This document shows, piece after piece, positions 1 to 11,079 of a stretch of DNA of 64,000 nt. Made by a program: the position numbers and the translations under genes. The stretch is from Octopus vulgaris (lineage: Eukaryota), in the NCBI GenBank assembly GCA_951406725.2, contig OX597827.1, forward strand, positions 27,342,001 through 27,406,000, read 5' to 3'. Below the pieces are notes generated by a model. It saw nothing but the letters and a program-made list of their open reading frames with translations, ran no database searches and had not been told where the DNA came from. Numbering within the stretch: the first letter of the stretch is position 1; every line of letters begins with the position of its first letter.

Positions 1-87
1 AAGATTTAGAATTAATACCACCAGGTATTGTGCCTGGTTTCCAAATTATTCTGCCAGTACACCACAACATGAAGTGCTATTTCAAAT

Positions 88-1165
88 ATAGGCACCACAC
101 CTGAAATTTTGGAGATAGGGAACAGTTAGGGATATCAGTCTCAATGCTCAACTGATCCTTTAATATACTTACCCCTAAAAAGCATAAAGCAAAGTTAACC
201 TTGGTGGGATTTGAAATAAGAACTTAAAAGAATGTAACTAAATACCACAAGGCATTTTAGTTGACACTCTAACAGTTTTACCAACTCACTAATAATTATT
301 ACATCGACCCTAGTGTTCAACTGGTACTTATTCTATCAACCCCGAAAGGATGAAAGGCAAAGTCAACCTTGGTGGAATTTGAGCTCAGAATGTGAAGACA
401 GATGAAATGCCGCTAAGCATTTCACCTGGCGTACTAACGATTCTGCCAGCTCATCACCTTTATTTAGCTAAATATCGATTTGAACGTTTTGCACAAGGCC
501 AGTAATTTCAGGGGTGGAGTAAGTCAATTACATTAACCCCCAGGTACTTATTTTATCGACCCCGAAAGGATAAATGGCAAAGTTGACCTTGGCAGAATTT
601 GAACTCAGAATGTAGTGACAGGCAAAACACCACTAAGTATTTTGTCAAGTGCTCTAGCGATTCTGCCAGCTCGCTGCCTTTCACCAACTCCCTAGTAATA
701 ACAATCCTTTATAATATAAGGCACAAGGCCTGAAATTTTAGAGAACGGGTCTAATTAATTACATTGAACCCAGTACTTGATTTGCCCTTATTTAAATTGT
801 TCTCCCAAAAGGATGAAAATGAAGGGCAAAGCTGACCTCAGTGGAATTTGAACTCTGAATGTAAAGATGGACAAAATGTGAAGCATTTTGCCCAGCATTC
901 TAATGTTTCTGTCAGCTTGCTGCCTTATATAATAATAATAATAATAATCCTTTCTACTATAGGCACACAGTCTGAAATTTTGGGGTAAAGGTGTTAGTTG
1001 GTTACATTGACCCCAGTGCATAACTGCTATGTATTTTATTGACCTCCAAAACGGATGGAAAGCAAACTTAACCTCGGCAGAATTTGAACTCAGAATGTAA
1101 TGACAGATGAAACACCACTAAGCATTTTGTCCAGTGTGCTAACGACTCTGCCAGCTCACCACCTT
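88..1165 (-). mobile_element. Tandem array of about 5 tRNA-derived SINE copies (family A), all on the minus strand
   Basis: Recurring reverse-complement blocks ctgccagctcac, gaatttgaactcagaa (B-box) and ccccgaaaggatgaaaggcaaagtcaacct at about 90-290, 296-460, 490-680, 717-926 and 957-1165. Confidence 0.85.
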
Positions 1166-1167
1166 AT

Positions 1168-1168
1168 A

Positions 1169-1224
<56 letters not shown>

Positions 1225-1232
1225 TAATAATG

Positions 1233-1281
<49 letters not shown>

Positions 1282-1300
1282 TGATGATGATAATTATAAT
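1168..1300. repeat. (AAT)n/(GAT)n microsatellite
   Basis: Seen directly. One of dozens of (TA)n, (CA)n, (TATG)n, (ATT)n, (GAT)n and (GA)n tracts in the window, which are not all listed. Confidence 0.95.
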
Positions 1301-1456
1301 CATATCTTTATAGATTGTCTAAAGGCCCTTTAGGGACAATAATGAGACTTTTCTTCTATTTTAATCTTGCTGAAATATGTAAAAGAACAATGTGACTGAG
1401 AGTGATCAAGTGTCTCCAAGTTATTAGTGAGTTAATTTTAGCGCTGTAATTACCAG

Positions 1457-1469
1457 TGACCTTTGACCT
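1457..1469 (-). promoter_or_regulatory. Perfect DR1 nuclear-receptor element (AGGTCAaAGGTCA)
   Basis: The + strand reads TGACCT-T-TGACCT, inside a non-repetitive island (about 1330-1600). Function untested. Confidence 0.35.
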
Positions 1470-1913
1470 CAACCTATTGTGCTGATGCGTTAGACTAACC
1501 TTGTTATCTCATTTTGTTTTTAAAAAGAGGGAGAGAGAGTTAGGGGTTGAGCACCTCTGTTTTTAATTAAAAACAACTTAATTTCTTGATTCAGTGTTTG
1601 CCAGCACGTTGTCATCGTTATTGTAGTGTTCATCTTCGTTATCATTGTAGTCATCATCACCATCATCATTGTAGTCATCATCATCATCGTCGTTGTCATC
1701 CTCATCACAATTAACATCATCATCATTGTCATCATCATCACCAATATCATCATCATCATCAGTGCATTGATTACTATGGTTCTAGACACCCTGTATTGAA
1801 TCCTTTAACTGCAAAATTAATTTTCATCGTTATTCCAGTGACGATGTTAGATATCTATCAAAATAAACAAAACAAACAAAATTTTAATAGAATTGGTATT
1901 ATCTACAAGTCAC

Positions 1914-2078
1914 CTGGTGTGTTTACATCACCATAACTTAGCGGTTCGACAAAAGAGACTAATAGAATAATAGAAAAAAAAAAATTAATGTACTGGGGTT
2001 GATTCAATCAGCTGAAAATTCTTCAAGGTGGTGCCCCAGCATGGCCACAGTCTAATTACTGAAACAAATAAGACATAA
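1914..2078 (+). mobile_element. 3' tail fragment of SINE family B
   Basis: ctggtgtgtttac...aacttagcggttcgacaaaagagac...ccagcatggccacagtc...actgaaacaaata matches the tails of the fuller copies at 41429 and 58631. Confidence 0.75.
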
Positions 2079-2545
2079 AAAATATAGAGTAAAGCAAAAA
2101 AAAAGGGAAGGACTCTCCTCACATCCTTTCTTTCTTTCTCTGATTAAACTGTGAAACAACAACATCAACAACAACAGCAGCAGCAGTAGTAGCAGCAGAC
2201 TATGAACTAGCAATAGAATTTATTCTATCTTTCTTATCGTTGTAGTAACAGAAAGATGAAATTCCATGAGTAATGGTTGGCTGGTTGGTTGGTGGCCGGA
2301 TGGGTGGGTGTATGGATGGATGGATGGAAGGATGCAGTGGGAGCAGCTTTGGTATATATATATTTTTGATGAACAGATCTACTACTACTACTACTACTAC
2401 TACTTCTGCTGTTGTGTATCAGTAAACTTACTCACTGAACTCCGGCACTCCTCTACATAAATTTATATCCCCCCACTTTATGAACAGACGAAAGCCTCTT
2501 TACATATAATATTTGTGCACACACACACATGTACACATGTACGTA

Positions 2546-2615
<70 letters not shown>

Positions 2616-2882
2616 TATGTATACATGTATATGTGTGTGTGTTTATATATATGGTTATATATGTGTGTGTGTTTATATATTCATAATGTGTACTGTTACA
2701 TTATTAGTAGCATCAACAAGAAAAGTACTCCATCCAGTGAGATATAAATATCATTAAATATACACAGCATTAGACTGTTAGCTAATATTAGTTTCATGTC
2801 TCTGAAAATACAATGGTCAGACAAGCTTGTACAGCATGATGTGTATTTTGAGCAGCATGAAACTAACGCGGACTTCACATTT

Positions 2883-3082
2883 TGGCACAAGGCCAATAAA
2901 TCCGTGAGAAGGTGGGGTCAGTTGATTAAATCAATACCAAGACTCAGTTGCTACTTATTTTATTGTACCTGAGAGGATGAGAGGAGAAAAATTGATGTTG
3001 GTGGAATTTGAACTCTAAACATAAAGATGGAGGAAATGCTGTTGAACATTTTGCCCAGCCTGCTAACGATTCTGCCAGCTCC
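2883..3082 (-). mobile_element. SINE family A copy
   Basis: ggaatttgaactct...gctaacgattctgccagctc, the same family as 88-1165. Confidence 0.8.
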
Positions 3083-3139
3083 CATGCATTAAACTTTGTA
3101 TTTCTTTGTATTTTAATCCTGTCTATGTATGTTTGTTTG

Positions 3140-3407
3140 AAGTCACGTGGCTTAGTGGTTAGGGCAATTGGCTCACAGGCGTAAGGTCGTGAGTTCAATT
3201 TCCAGCAGCGTGGTTTGGTGTTGCTCTAGTCCACTCAGCTGGCGAAAATAAGTAGTACCTGTATTTCAACAGGCCTGAGAACTACGTTATGGATATACAT
3301 GTCTATGGAGTGCTCAGTCACTTGCTCATTGATTTCACAAGCAAGCTGTTCCATTGATTGTACCAGCTGGAACCCTTGTTATCATAACCAACAGAGTGCT
3401 CCTTAAA
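3140..3407 (+). mobile_element. tRNA-derived SINE (family D)
   Basis: A-box gtggcttagtgg and B-box gagttcaatttcc. The body (tggagtgctcagtcacttgc...ctggaaccctt) matches the reverse copies at 42337 and 45284. Confidence 0.75.
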
Positions 3408-3670
3408 TGAAAGTATGTATGTATGTGTGTGTATGTATATATGTAAGTATGAACATATCTATGTATGTGTGTGTGTGCATGTATGTGTATGTATGTATGC
3501 ATGTATGCATGTGTGGGCGTTTGTGTGTGTATGTATATATATGTATGCATGCATGTGTGGGTGTATGTGTGTGTATGTATGTATGTATGCATGCATGTGT
3601 GGGTGTATGTGTGTGTCTATGTATGTATGTATGTATGTAAGGTCATATATATATAGTCAAAAAGGCAATA

Positions 3671-3733
<63 letters not shown>

Positions 3734-4759
3734 AATACATCTGTTGTTGCTGAAGTGCCAATCTCACGTCTAACAACACCATGTCACCCACTCTGATCAA
3801 TAGCAGACTATTTTCCAGTAGCCATCGTAGACTTCCTGTATCTCTTCATCTCGTTATCTGCACCTGAATGAGCTACATTTCTACAAGAACCCTGTGATGG
3901 AGTGGAATCAAGCTGTTTTAAATATTAATACATATGCACTTCACCTGCCGTCCGAATCGACATTCTCCTATTTCTGTCCAACTTCCGGTCAGTTATTTTC
4001 TGACCATGTAAAGACACAAGTGCTTTTCTACAAGTCATTTGCTCCTTTCTCCGTTTCCTCTTCTCTTGACTTTTCCATCTTTCCAATGAAGAGCCATGCT
4101 CGAAATGTCGTCATTCCTTCTCCCACTTTTTCCATCTAAAACTTTTCTCTGAGCATCAATCTGTTATATTTATTGTGTTTGTCTAACTCACTTTTGTTGT
4201 TTTCCCTTGTTGTTTTTTCCTGTTTTTATATATCCTATATAGGATAAAATTTTCAAAAAATTTGATCAGTGACCAGCCTATTAAAAAATACCTTTTAATA
4301 TGCTGGCCACTGATAAACATTCTTGAAAATTTTATCCTATATTAGATGTAAATTTATTACCATTCACTTCTGGACTGTCCCTTACTCTACTTACTCCACA
4401 AGAATTTTCAGTCTGATCACACATGTCTTGAGGTATACTGCAAAAATTTCTATTTGGATATATTTGGGGTACTTAAGTATACACATGACTTTGCATCAGC
4501 TTGTTCCATGTGTGCAAGTAAGTATTTCATTTATCTCTTAGCGTATTTACTGTTGATGCCGAGAAGATTCTTTATGAATTACTTCAGAAATAAGACCAAT
4601 TCGGTAATAATAGAATTTTTTATAAATTTCTGTCAGCTTGCTTTGAGACATGTGGTTATAGTGATGAATTATATGTGGTTCTTGATGATTTAAAGTCTAT
4701 TCTTGAAATATTTGACATTATTTGTAAGTTATATATATATACATACACACACACATGCA

Positions 4760-4966
4760 TACAATGAGGTACTGAAAAGTTCCTGGCTTTGGGTACGATT
4801 AGATAATTATGATTTTATTCAACATATTCCCTTCTCAGATTCACATGCTTATTGCAGCGGTCCTTCAGTTTTCTTAAGCCATGGAAAAGAACCTTGAAGG
4901 TTGGGCCTCCAACTAGACCTTTCATGATACCCTTCACGCCAAGAACTTTTCGGAACTCTTCATGTA
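4760..4966. mobile_element. Mariner-like non-autonomous element (MITE)
   Basis: Imperfect TIRs tac..gaggtactgaaaagttcctggc / gccaagaacttttcggaactcttcatgta, flanked by TA. Confidence 0.6.
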
Positions 4967-5052
4967 TGTATATATGTATGTATGTGTGTGTGTGTATGTG
5001 TGTGTTTATGTATACACACACACACACATCCACACATATTCATCATTCTTCT

Positions 5053-5103
5053 TACTAAGAAAAACTATTAACGACTTTCTTTTTTTCTTTTTTCTAATTC
5101 CAG
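5053..5103 (+). other. Putative 3' splice acceptor opening the 5'UTR or terminal exon of the 6517 gene
   Basis: Branch-like tactaag at about 5053, a long polypyrimidine tract at about 5075-5100, and CAG|G at 5101-5104, followed by unique sequence. Confidence 0.4.
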
Positions 5104-5337
5104 GCTTGGCACTAATTTAGCAATATTTTGTCTGTTGCTAAGAACCGAGAAAGAACTTTCCTCTTGTTGCTGTTTGCACACCTGGCGGCTTGCTACCTAT
5201 CTGGTTCAATGTTACCGATTCTTCTGTTATTACTTTACAACGAGGATAATAATAACAATAATAATAATAATAACAACAACAACAACTATAAAAACACCAG
5301 AAGCAACGTGGCATATTTACCAAAGGAACGTACTTAC

Positions 5338-5374
5338 CTTTCAGACATGGATCTTCTAAGTAACCTTCATTCAC
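5338..5374 (-). other. Candidate 37-nt antisense micro-exon
   Basis: The minus strand reads ttatttcacAG|GTGAATGAAGGTTACTTAGAAGATCCATGTCTGAAAG|GTAAGT: a consensus donor and a plausible acceptor. Only one frame is open (VNEGYLEDPCLK). Confidence 0.35.
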
Positions 5375-5583
5375 CTGTGAAATAACAGCTTAAGGATTGC
5401 AATTTCTACTTTTTCGTTTTTCTTTTTCTCTATATCCATCCACACACTTAAACACTCACACACATATACACACATACACAAAAGCATCAGGCATTCCCAT
5501 ACATACACACACATACACTATATATGAATATATAATACATTTATATAAAATATTATATATAATATATATATAAAATATACACT

Positions 5584-5633
<50 letters not shown>

Positions 5634-5646
5634 CATACATATATAA

Positions 5647-5694
<48 letters not shown>

Positions 5695-6516
5695 TATGTG
5701 TGTGTGTTTGATGCAATGAAATTTAAGATTTGAAAAGAAAAAGAAAATCTTTTGTCATTTTCGATTGTCTTTGTAGAGGATCTTTTTTTTTTTCATTTTT
5801 TAAGTTTATATTTTGCAGAAATGTAGTTCTTTTCTTTTGTATTTCTTTGTATACACTCAAACATACATACATGCATACACACATACATACGTCTATATGA
5901 CACTGTCTATATAATATCATAAACACTTGTCTATAAACTTTATATATTATTTTAAATTCATATATTTTTCCCTTTCTCTTTTGTCTGACACACCATAAAA
6001 ACACTAGGTTCATTAAGGGCTAAGGTGTATATATATATATATATATATATATTCATAGAGTACGGAGCAAGTTGCTTTCTTGTATTTTAGCTATCCAAAA
6101 AGTTTCAATTTGTAGTTGCTGAATATCGCAATGTGACTGATTCTGTGTTGCTTTAAATCTCCGCCTCACCATTTCCTAATATTCAGAGCCTCAAAAGGAT
6201 TTACCCATCTCAAAAGGAACCACGTGGAGTACAGATTATATTTACCATTTTTACCAATTATACCTAAATGGATATTATTAATTACTAATTCTTCAAGGAA
6301 ACTTGGTTTTTACTAGGAGTCAAAGAGGGGAAATATATATTAAAAAAAACATTAAAAACCAAACTTGCCAGCAAACCTTCTTCAAACCAATTTAAAACTA
6401 AAACCAAATCCATTCGAAACAAGGAATTTTTCAAACTTGGAAACATATTTTATTTGTCAGAAAAGAAAAACACCAAAGAATTTATTAAAACCATAAAAAC
6501 CAATATTGCAATAAAC

Positions 6517-7794
6517 ATGGCAGTAAATAAAGAAAAACCTTTAGCGTTTACCACTTCTTTTTCTCGACCGTTCTACATTGATCTGTTTGTGCTGATTGTC
6601 TGTGTTCTTGGACTGGCTAATGCTCAGCAACCACCTTGCATAGTCAAGGGGTGCATCTACACTCGTTTGCCGTGGTACGGCTATTTAATTCAAAAGACAT
6701 TCCACAGAGACATGGCAAAAATTCAGTACCAGTTATGGTACCCGGTTAGTGAATGCTGTGCAAATCTGCTGATTTATTATGATGACCAGTTGCGTACACT
6801 CAACGACAAAATGTCATGTTCAGAAAGGGAACGTATTTTACCTGCAGATAATAACCAAATTATACCCCTCTACACGGGGAATCACAAATCTGTAGGTTGT
6901 AAAATATCGAATGAAACAGGTAAATCAATTTATGTGTGTATTGGTGAACGAACATTTCGATCAACTGGTGCCCGAACCTGGTATTTTGCTATAAGTCGTT
7001 GTAGTTCCAAAACCCACTTAAACTTAAACTATTTCTTTAATATTACAGGATTCTATGGAACCTGTGAAGAAGACGCCCTGTCTTTCTCTAAGACTTATAT
7101 TCCTCCCAAACAGAACAATGGTACAAACCTTTATGCTGTTATTTTTGGTGTTGTGTCCGGCGTGATGTTGATTTTGGCTGTTCTTTTCTTCTCATTGTGG
7201 TGCGTAGCTGTCCGGCGTAAAACAAGTGGCTCAGTTACCTCGAGCCAAGCAACTATGACCCATGACATATTCTACGTGAACCATTCGCTCTCTGACCGCG
7301 AGCAGGCCGACTACTCGCAGTCAAGTTCGGAGAACTACTATGAGGTGATCCCGGAAAGAAGAAGCTATGAAAGCATCAGTGCACAGGCTGCATCGACAGC
7401 AGAACGCCACCACAGCCTGCGTACGCACGCGACCCTCGCCAAAGAGCACCGAACGCATACGACATACATCTTCGACGACTACCCCCCTCCTCCCTACCAT
7501 CCTCCCCAGCCCACTCCAAGCAAAGGCCAACCACAGCGGCAGCCAGTCCAGGTTATCCAGGCAATGCAGCCCATTCAGAGCTTGCAGACAGGTATGCAGA
7601 CCAGTTTGCAGTCTACCATGCAACCCAGCATGCAGTCTACCATGCAACCTAGCATGCAGCCTAGCCTGCAGACCACTCTTCAGCCTAGCCTGCAGACAAC
7701 TCTTCAGCCTAGCCTGCAGACAAGCATGCAAAGTAGTATACCAACAGCTGTTATGCAACCCAAGTTTCAATCAGCACTCGAAACCAGTGCATGA
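6517..7794 (+). CDS. Single-pass type I membrane protein with a TMEM145/GPR180-like N-terminal (GOST/GOLD-like) ectodomain and a Tyr/PPxY/PDZ-motif tail, 425 aa, intronless CDS
   Basis: The only long complex ORF. ATG at 6517 is in strong context (aaacATGG). Signal peptide ends ANA|QQ. Ectodomain motifs YP..CC.NLLIYYDD, NNQII.L, GC, C.G.R.FRS..R.WYFAISRC match the TMEM145 N-domain as I recall it (YP..CCQNILLYFDD, ENNQVINL, SGC, C..GRSFRS). Three N-glycosylation sequons; TM helix at about 7129-7212 followed by RRK. Confidence 0.92.
   Translation: MAVNKEKPLAFTTSFSRPFYIDLFVLIVCVLGLANAQQPPCIVKGCIYTRLPWYGYLIQKTFHRDMAKIQYQLWYPVSECCANLLIYYDDQLRTLNDKMSCSERERILPADNNQIIPLYTGNHKSVGCKISNETGKSIYVCIGERTFRSTGARTWYFAISRCSSKTHLNLNYFFNITGFYGTCEEDALSFSKTYIPPKQNNGTNLYAVIFGVVSGVMLILAVLFFSLWCVAVRRKTSGSVTSSQATMTHDIFYVNHSLSDREQADYSQSSSENYYEVIPERRSYESISAQAASTAERHHSLRTHATLAKEHRTHTTYIFDDYPPPPYHPPQPTPSKGQPQRQPVQVIQAMQPIQSLQTGMQTSLQSTMQPSMQSTMQPSMQPSLQTTLQPSLQTTLQPSLQTSMQSSIPTAVMQPKFQSALETSA
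7585..7735 (+). repeat. In-frame 12-nt coding tandem repeat (M/L-Q-P/T/S-S/T)n
   Basis: Units such as atgcaacccagc, ctgcagaccact and cttcagcctagc encode MQPS/LQTT/LQPS. Confidence 0.85.
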
Positions 7795-8417
7795 AGTAAT
7801 ACACCAATGAGATTTTCAAGCTAAAAATTTGCTTCAGACATGAAAAAAGAAAAAAATAAAGAAATCTAAATGCCAGATTTATTAAGTCTTTCCTTATCTT
7901 TGATAATTCCATGCATCGATGTTTGCAAATCAAGCAACTCTTGTCATTAATTCCAAGCAAGGAGCGGGGAACCTTTAAGTGATTTGCTGCATATCACTTC
8001 TTTGTTCCTCCAAATCTTGAATTGAACTAGCAAATTCAAACCTCCTCCAACAAAAACAACAACTGCTACAACAGTATGGTTATGAGAATGACCAAATTAT
8101 AAATGATATAAAGGCCACCCCTTTTGGAATAACGATAATTCACATTGGCCGAAAAAAAAAGCAAAAAAAGTTTTTTTTTCAGATGATATTTTTGTTCCAG
8201 AAAAATAAATAATTAAAAATGAAACAAAAAAAATAAAAAGAGGGGAGATTCTTGCCTGCTTCCTTCGTTATTTCATAGAGAAAAATGAAAGACAAGAATA
8301 TCAAACATCTTTCTATTTCTCTTGGGCAGTGGCATTTCTGCAATGTTTCTTGGAGACAATGACTTTTAAAAATATATTCCAGCATCATGTGTGTGTGCGT
8401 ATGTATGTATGTATGCG

Positions 8418-8452
<35 letters not shown>

Positions 8453-9280
8453 TGCACACACATGTGCATACACACTCACATTTGAAGCTGGAAATGAACA
8501 GGTGAAACTGTACCATACAAACATCTTAACTTACCAAATACCCATTCCAATTAATGGATTATGGCTCAACACGTGCTGAAATATTAAATACCACCCTAAT
8601 TTTTTTTTTTAATGATGTTAATATAATAAAAATAATAATAATGATAACAATTATTATTATTACTAATTTGACATTGAACAAACCTCGAAAACAAACAAAA
8701 GACATAAGGAAACAAATAATGATTAATACTCATTATTTTAAATTAAAAACAATACGGTCTTTTGTCCGTATACCATCTCATTGCTTTGACAAAAAAAAAA
8801 CACAGAAAAAAATTTGAAATTAATGGAATTAACGACAAAACAACAAAAAATCAAACAACAAAAGAAAGGAAAAACAAAATACAAAAATAACTGAAATATT
8901 TTGTATGGGGGAATTTGTTTTTGTTTTTTTTAAACAGCAACAGTATTGATGATGATTATGATGATGATGATGACGACGATGATGATGATGATGATGATTA
9001 TTACGATGATGATAACAGTAATTGTAATAATGATAATAATAATGATTATAATCCTTATCAGTATCATCATTGAAAATATTGTAAAATGCAGAGATTTTTT
9101 TTCAATTGCTGTTCTTTGCTGTTAGTTTGGAAAACATGGAGAACCAATTATTGCATGTATAGATGCATATGTGGGATGTGTGTGTGCATATATATGTATA
9201 TATATATATACATGCGCACACACACTCATGCCTGTATATAGACCTGTATGTGTTGAGTGTGTGTGAGTGTGTATATGTGT

Positions 9281-9333
<53 letters not shown>

Positions 9334-9592
9334 AAGCGACTTAATTTTTTTATTCAATACAGATATTCCCTATGGCTAGTTTTAAATTGACAAACTATTA
9401 ATTACTTTTAAAATTTGTAATGTTAAGAGAATTACTATAAATTAATTTTGGGAGAATATTTGGGTGGGGATTAGCTTGTATTATCTGTAGTTATAAAGGA
9501 ATCAAAACTAAAAACCCAAGAAATCTATAAATTTAGCAAAATAATATTGGGGTATTTTTGTGTTCCACATTCTTATCCAGACCGTATTCCAT

Positions 9593-9800
9593 AAGCTTGT
9601 CACCAGATGCATTGAGCTTTTCACCAGATGTGATGATAAGCTTGTCTTTAGATATGTAGAGCTTGTCACCAGATGTCTTGAGCTAGTCACTAGATATGTT
9701 GAGCTTGACATGAGATGGATTGATCTTGACATGAGACAGGGTGAGCTTGGTATCAATCAGGTTGAGCTTAACGCCAGATTTGCTGTTTGTCACCAGCTGT
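9593..9800. repeat. Degenerate 21-bp tandem repeat, about 10 units
   Basis: Consensus near gagcttgtcaccagatgtntt, with one 3-nt insertion. Confidence 0.85.
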
Positions 9801-10324
9801 GAAAATCATTAGGTTAATCCCTACATATAATACCTTTTGTGATCTGTAAATGTGGTCCCTAATAAATGGAAGAGTTTGTTCTGTAGAGAAATAAAAGCAG
9901 TGGAAATGTCGTACCCAGTATTTTCTTTATGAATGGGAACAGTTAGAAGAGCATATATAATTTGGGTTTTAGAAGTTTTGCTCAAATACTAATTAATATT
10001 TTGCAAATATGTGAAGGCTTGAATAATAAAAAAAAACTATATATACATATTTATACATGTGTAAATATACATATATTTATATATATATGCATATTTATAC
10101 ATGTGTATGTAATGTATGTATATGTGTGTGTATAAATATATATATATGTATGTTTGAGAGTGTGTTTGTATTTCTGTATGATGGTATATTAAATCTGATT
10201 TATATCATTCCATTCCATTGGCAAAAACTGCAACCAAAAGGGGTTGGGTGTAGGGTAAACATTTTCTGATGCTGATTTTTACAATAAAAAGAAAACAAAC
10301 CCAAAAAAAAAAACACTAAAGTAA

Positions 10325-10510
10325 ATAATGAGAGCCAAAGACAGAGCCTTTAGGTGGTCGCCACCCAACCGTCTTTGGATAATGTAGTTCTCGATACACA
10401 GTTTGATAACATAAAAATAAAAGTAAAAAAATTTACGTGATGGTCACTGCTGGAAAGTCTTTGATCATAAGGTCCACTCAGTGTTGACCAAGGGACTAAA
10501 AGCAACAACT
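10325..10510 (+). mobile_element. Degenerate dispersed repeat (family C, SINE/LINE-tail-like)
   Basis: tgatggtcactgctggaaagtctttgatcataagg...ctaaaagcaacaac resembles the blocks at about 40760-41150. Confidence 0.5.
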
Positions 10511-11039
10511 AGTAGCCTTCTCTAGCTTATGTACGTATGTATATATATATATTAATAGACTGTATGACATCGATTTTAAAGTTTGAAAAATGCCAGTGTA
10601 AAGATATTATTAATTAGCCATTTATATGATTTTTATATATATATATATATTTTTATTTTTCCTCTAAAGAAATTAGGAAAAAGTGCGTATATATATGTGT
10701 GTGTGTGGGGGGGTTTATTTGTGTGTGTGTTTGTGTGTGTAAATATATATGTGAGATTTGGATATGACTGATTGTATTCACCACCATCACATATCTCTGT
10801 GTCCATATGTGAGAGAACTTCTAACACATTTATGAATATATTTGTGGATTAAAATTTTTTTTTGGCTCGTCCCCTCTCCTTCTTCAGCTATTCTCTTCCC
10901 GTTTCCCCCCACCCACCTCCTTCCTCCGCTACACATACAGAATCGGTAATTGGCCCAAGTTATTAATTGGCTTCGAAATTTGTTGCAAGAATTTCAAAAT
11001 GGCTTGAAACCTTATTTCTGAGATTTAAAGACAGACACA

Positions 11040-11079
<40 letters not shown>

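Noticed and set aside
5338-5374. Assigning the micro-exon peptide (LEDPCL) to an ENTPD/apyrase gene
   Set aside because: Only a 4-5 residue resemblance with different spacing, and no other exons of such a gene are visible.
6454-6516. TTG-initiated 21-aa N-terminal extension in the ORF track
   Set aside because: Eukaryotic context; the ATG at 6517 has a strong Kozak context and gives a sensible signal peptide.
7321-7810. Overlapping ORFs 7321-7770 (-) and 7367-7810 (+)
   Set aside because: Shadow frames of the GC-rich, repetitive part of the real CDS.
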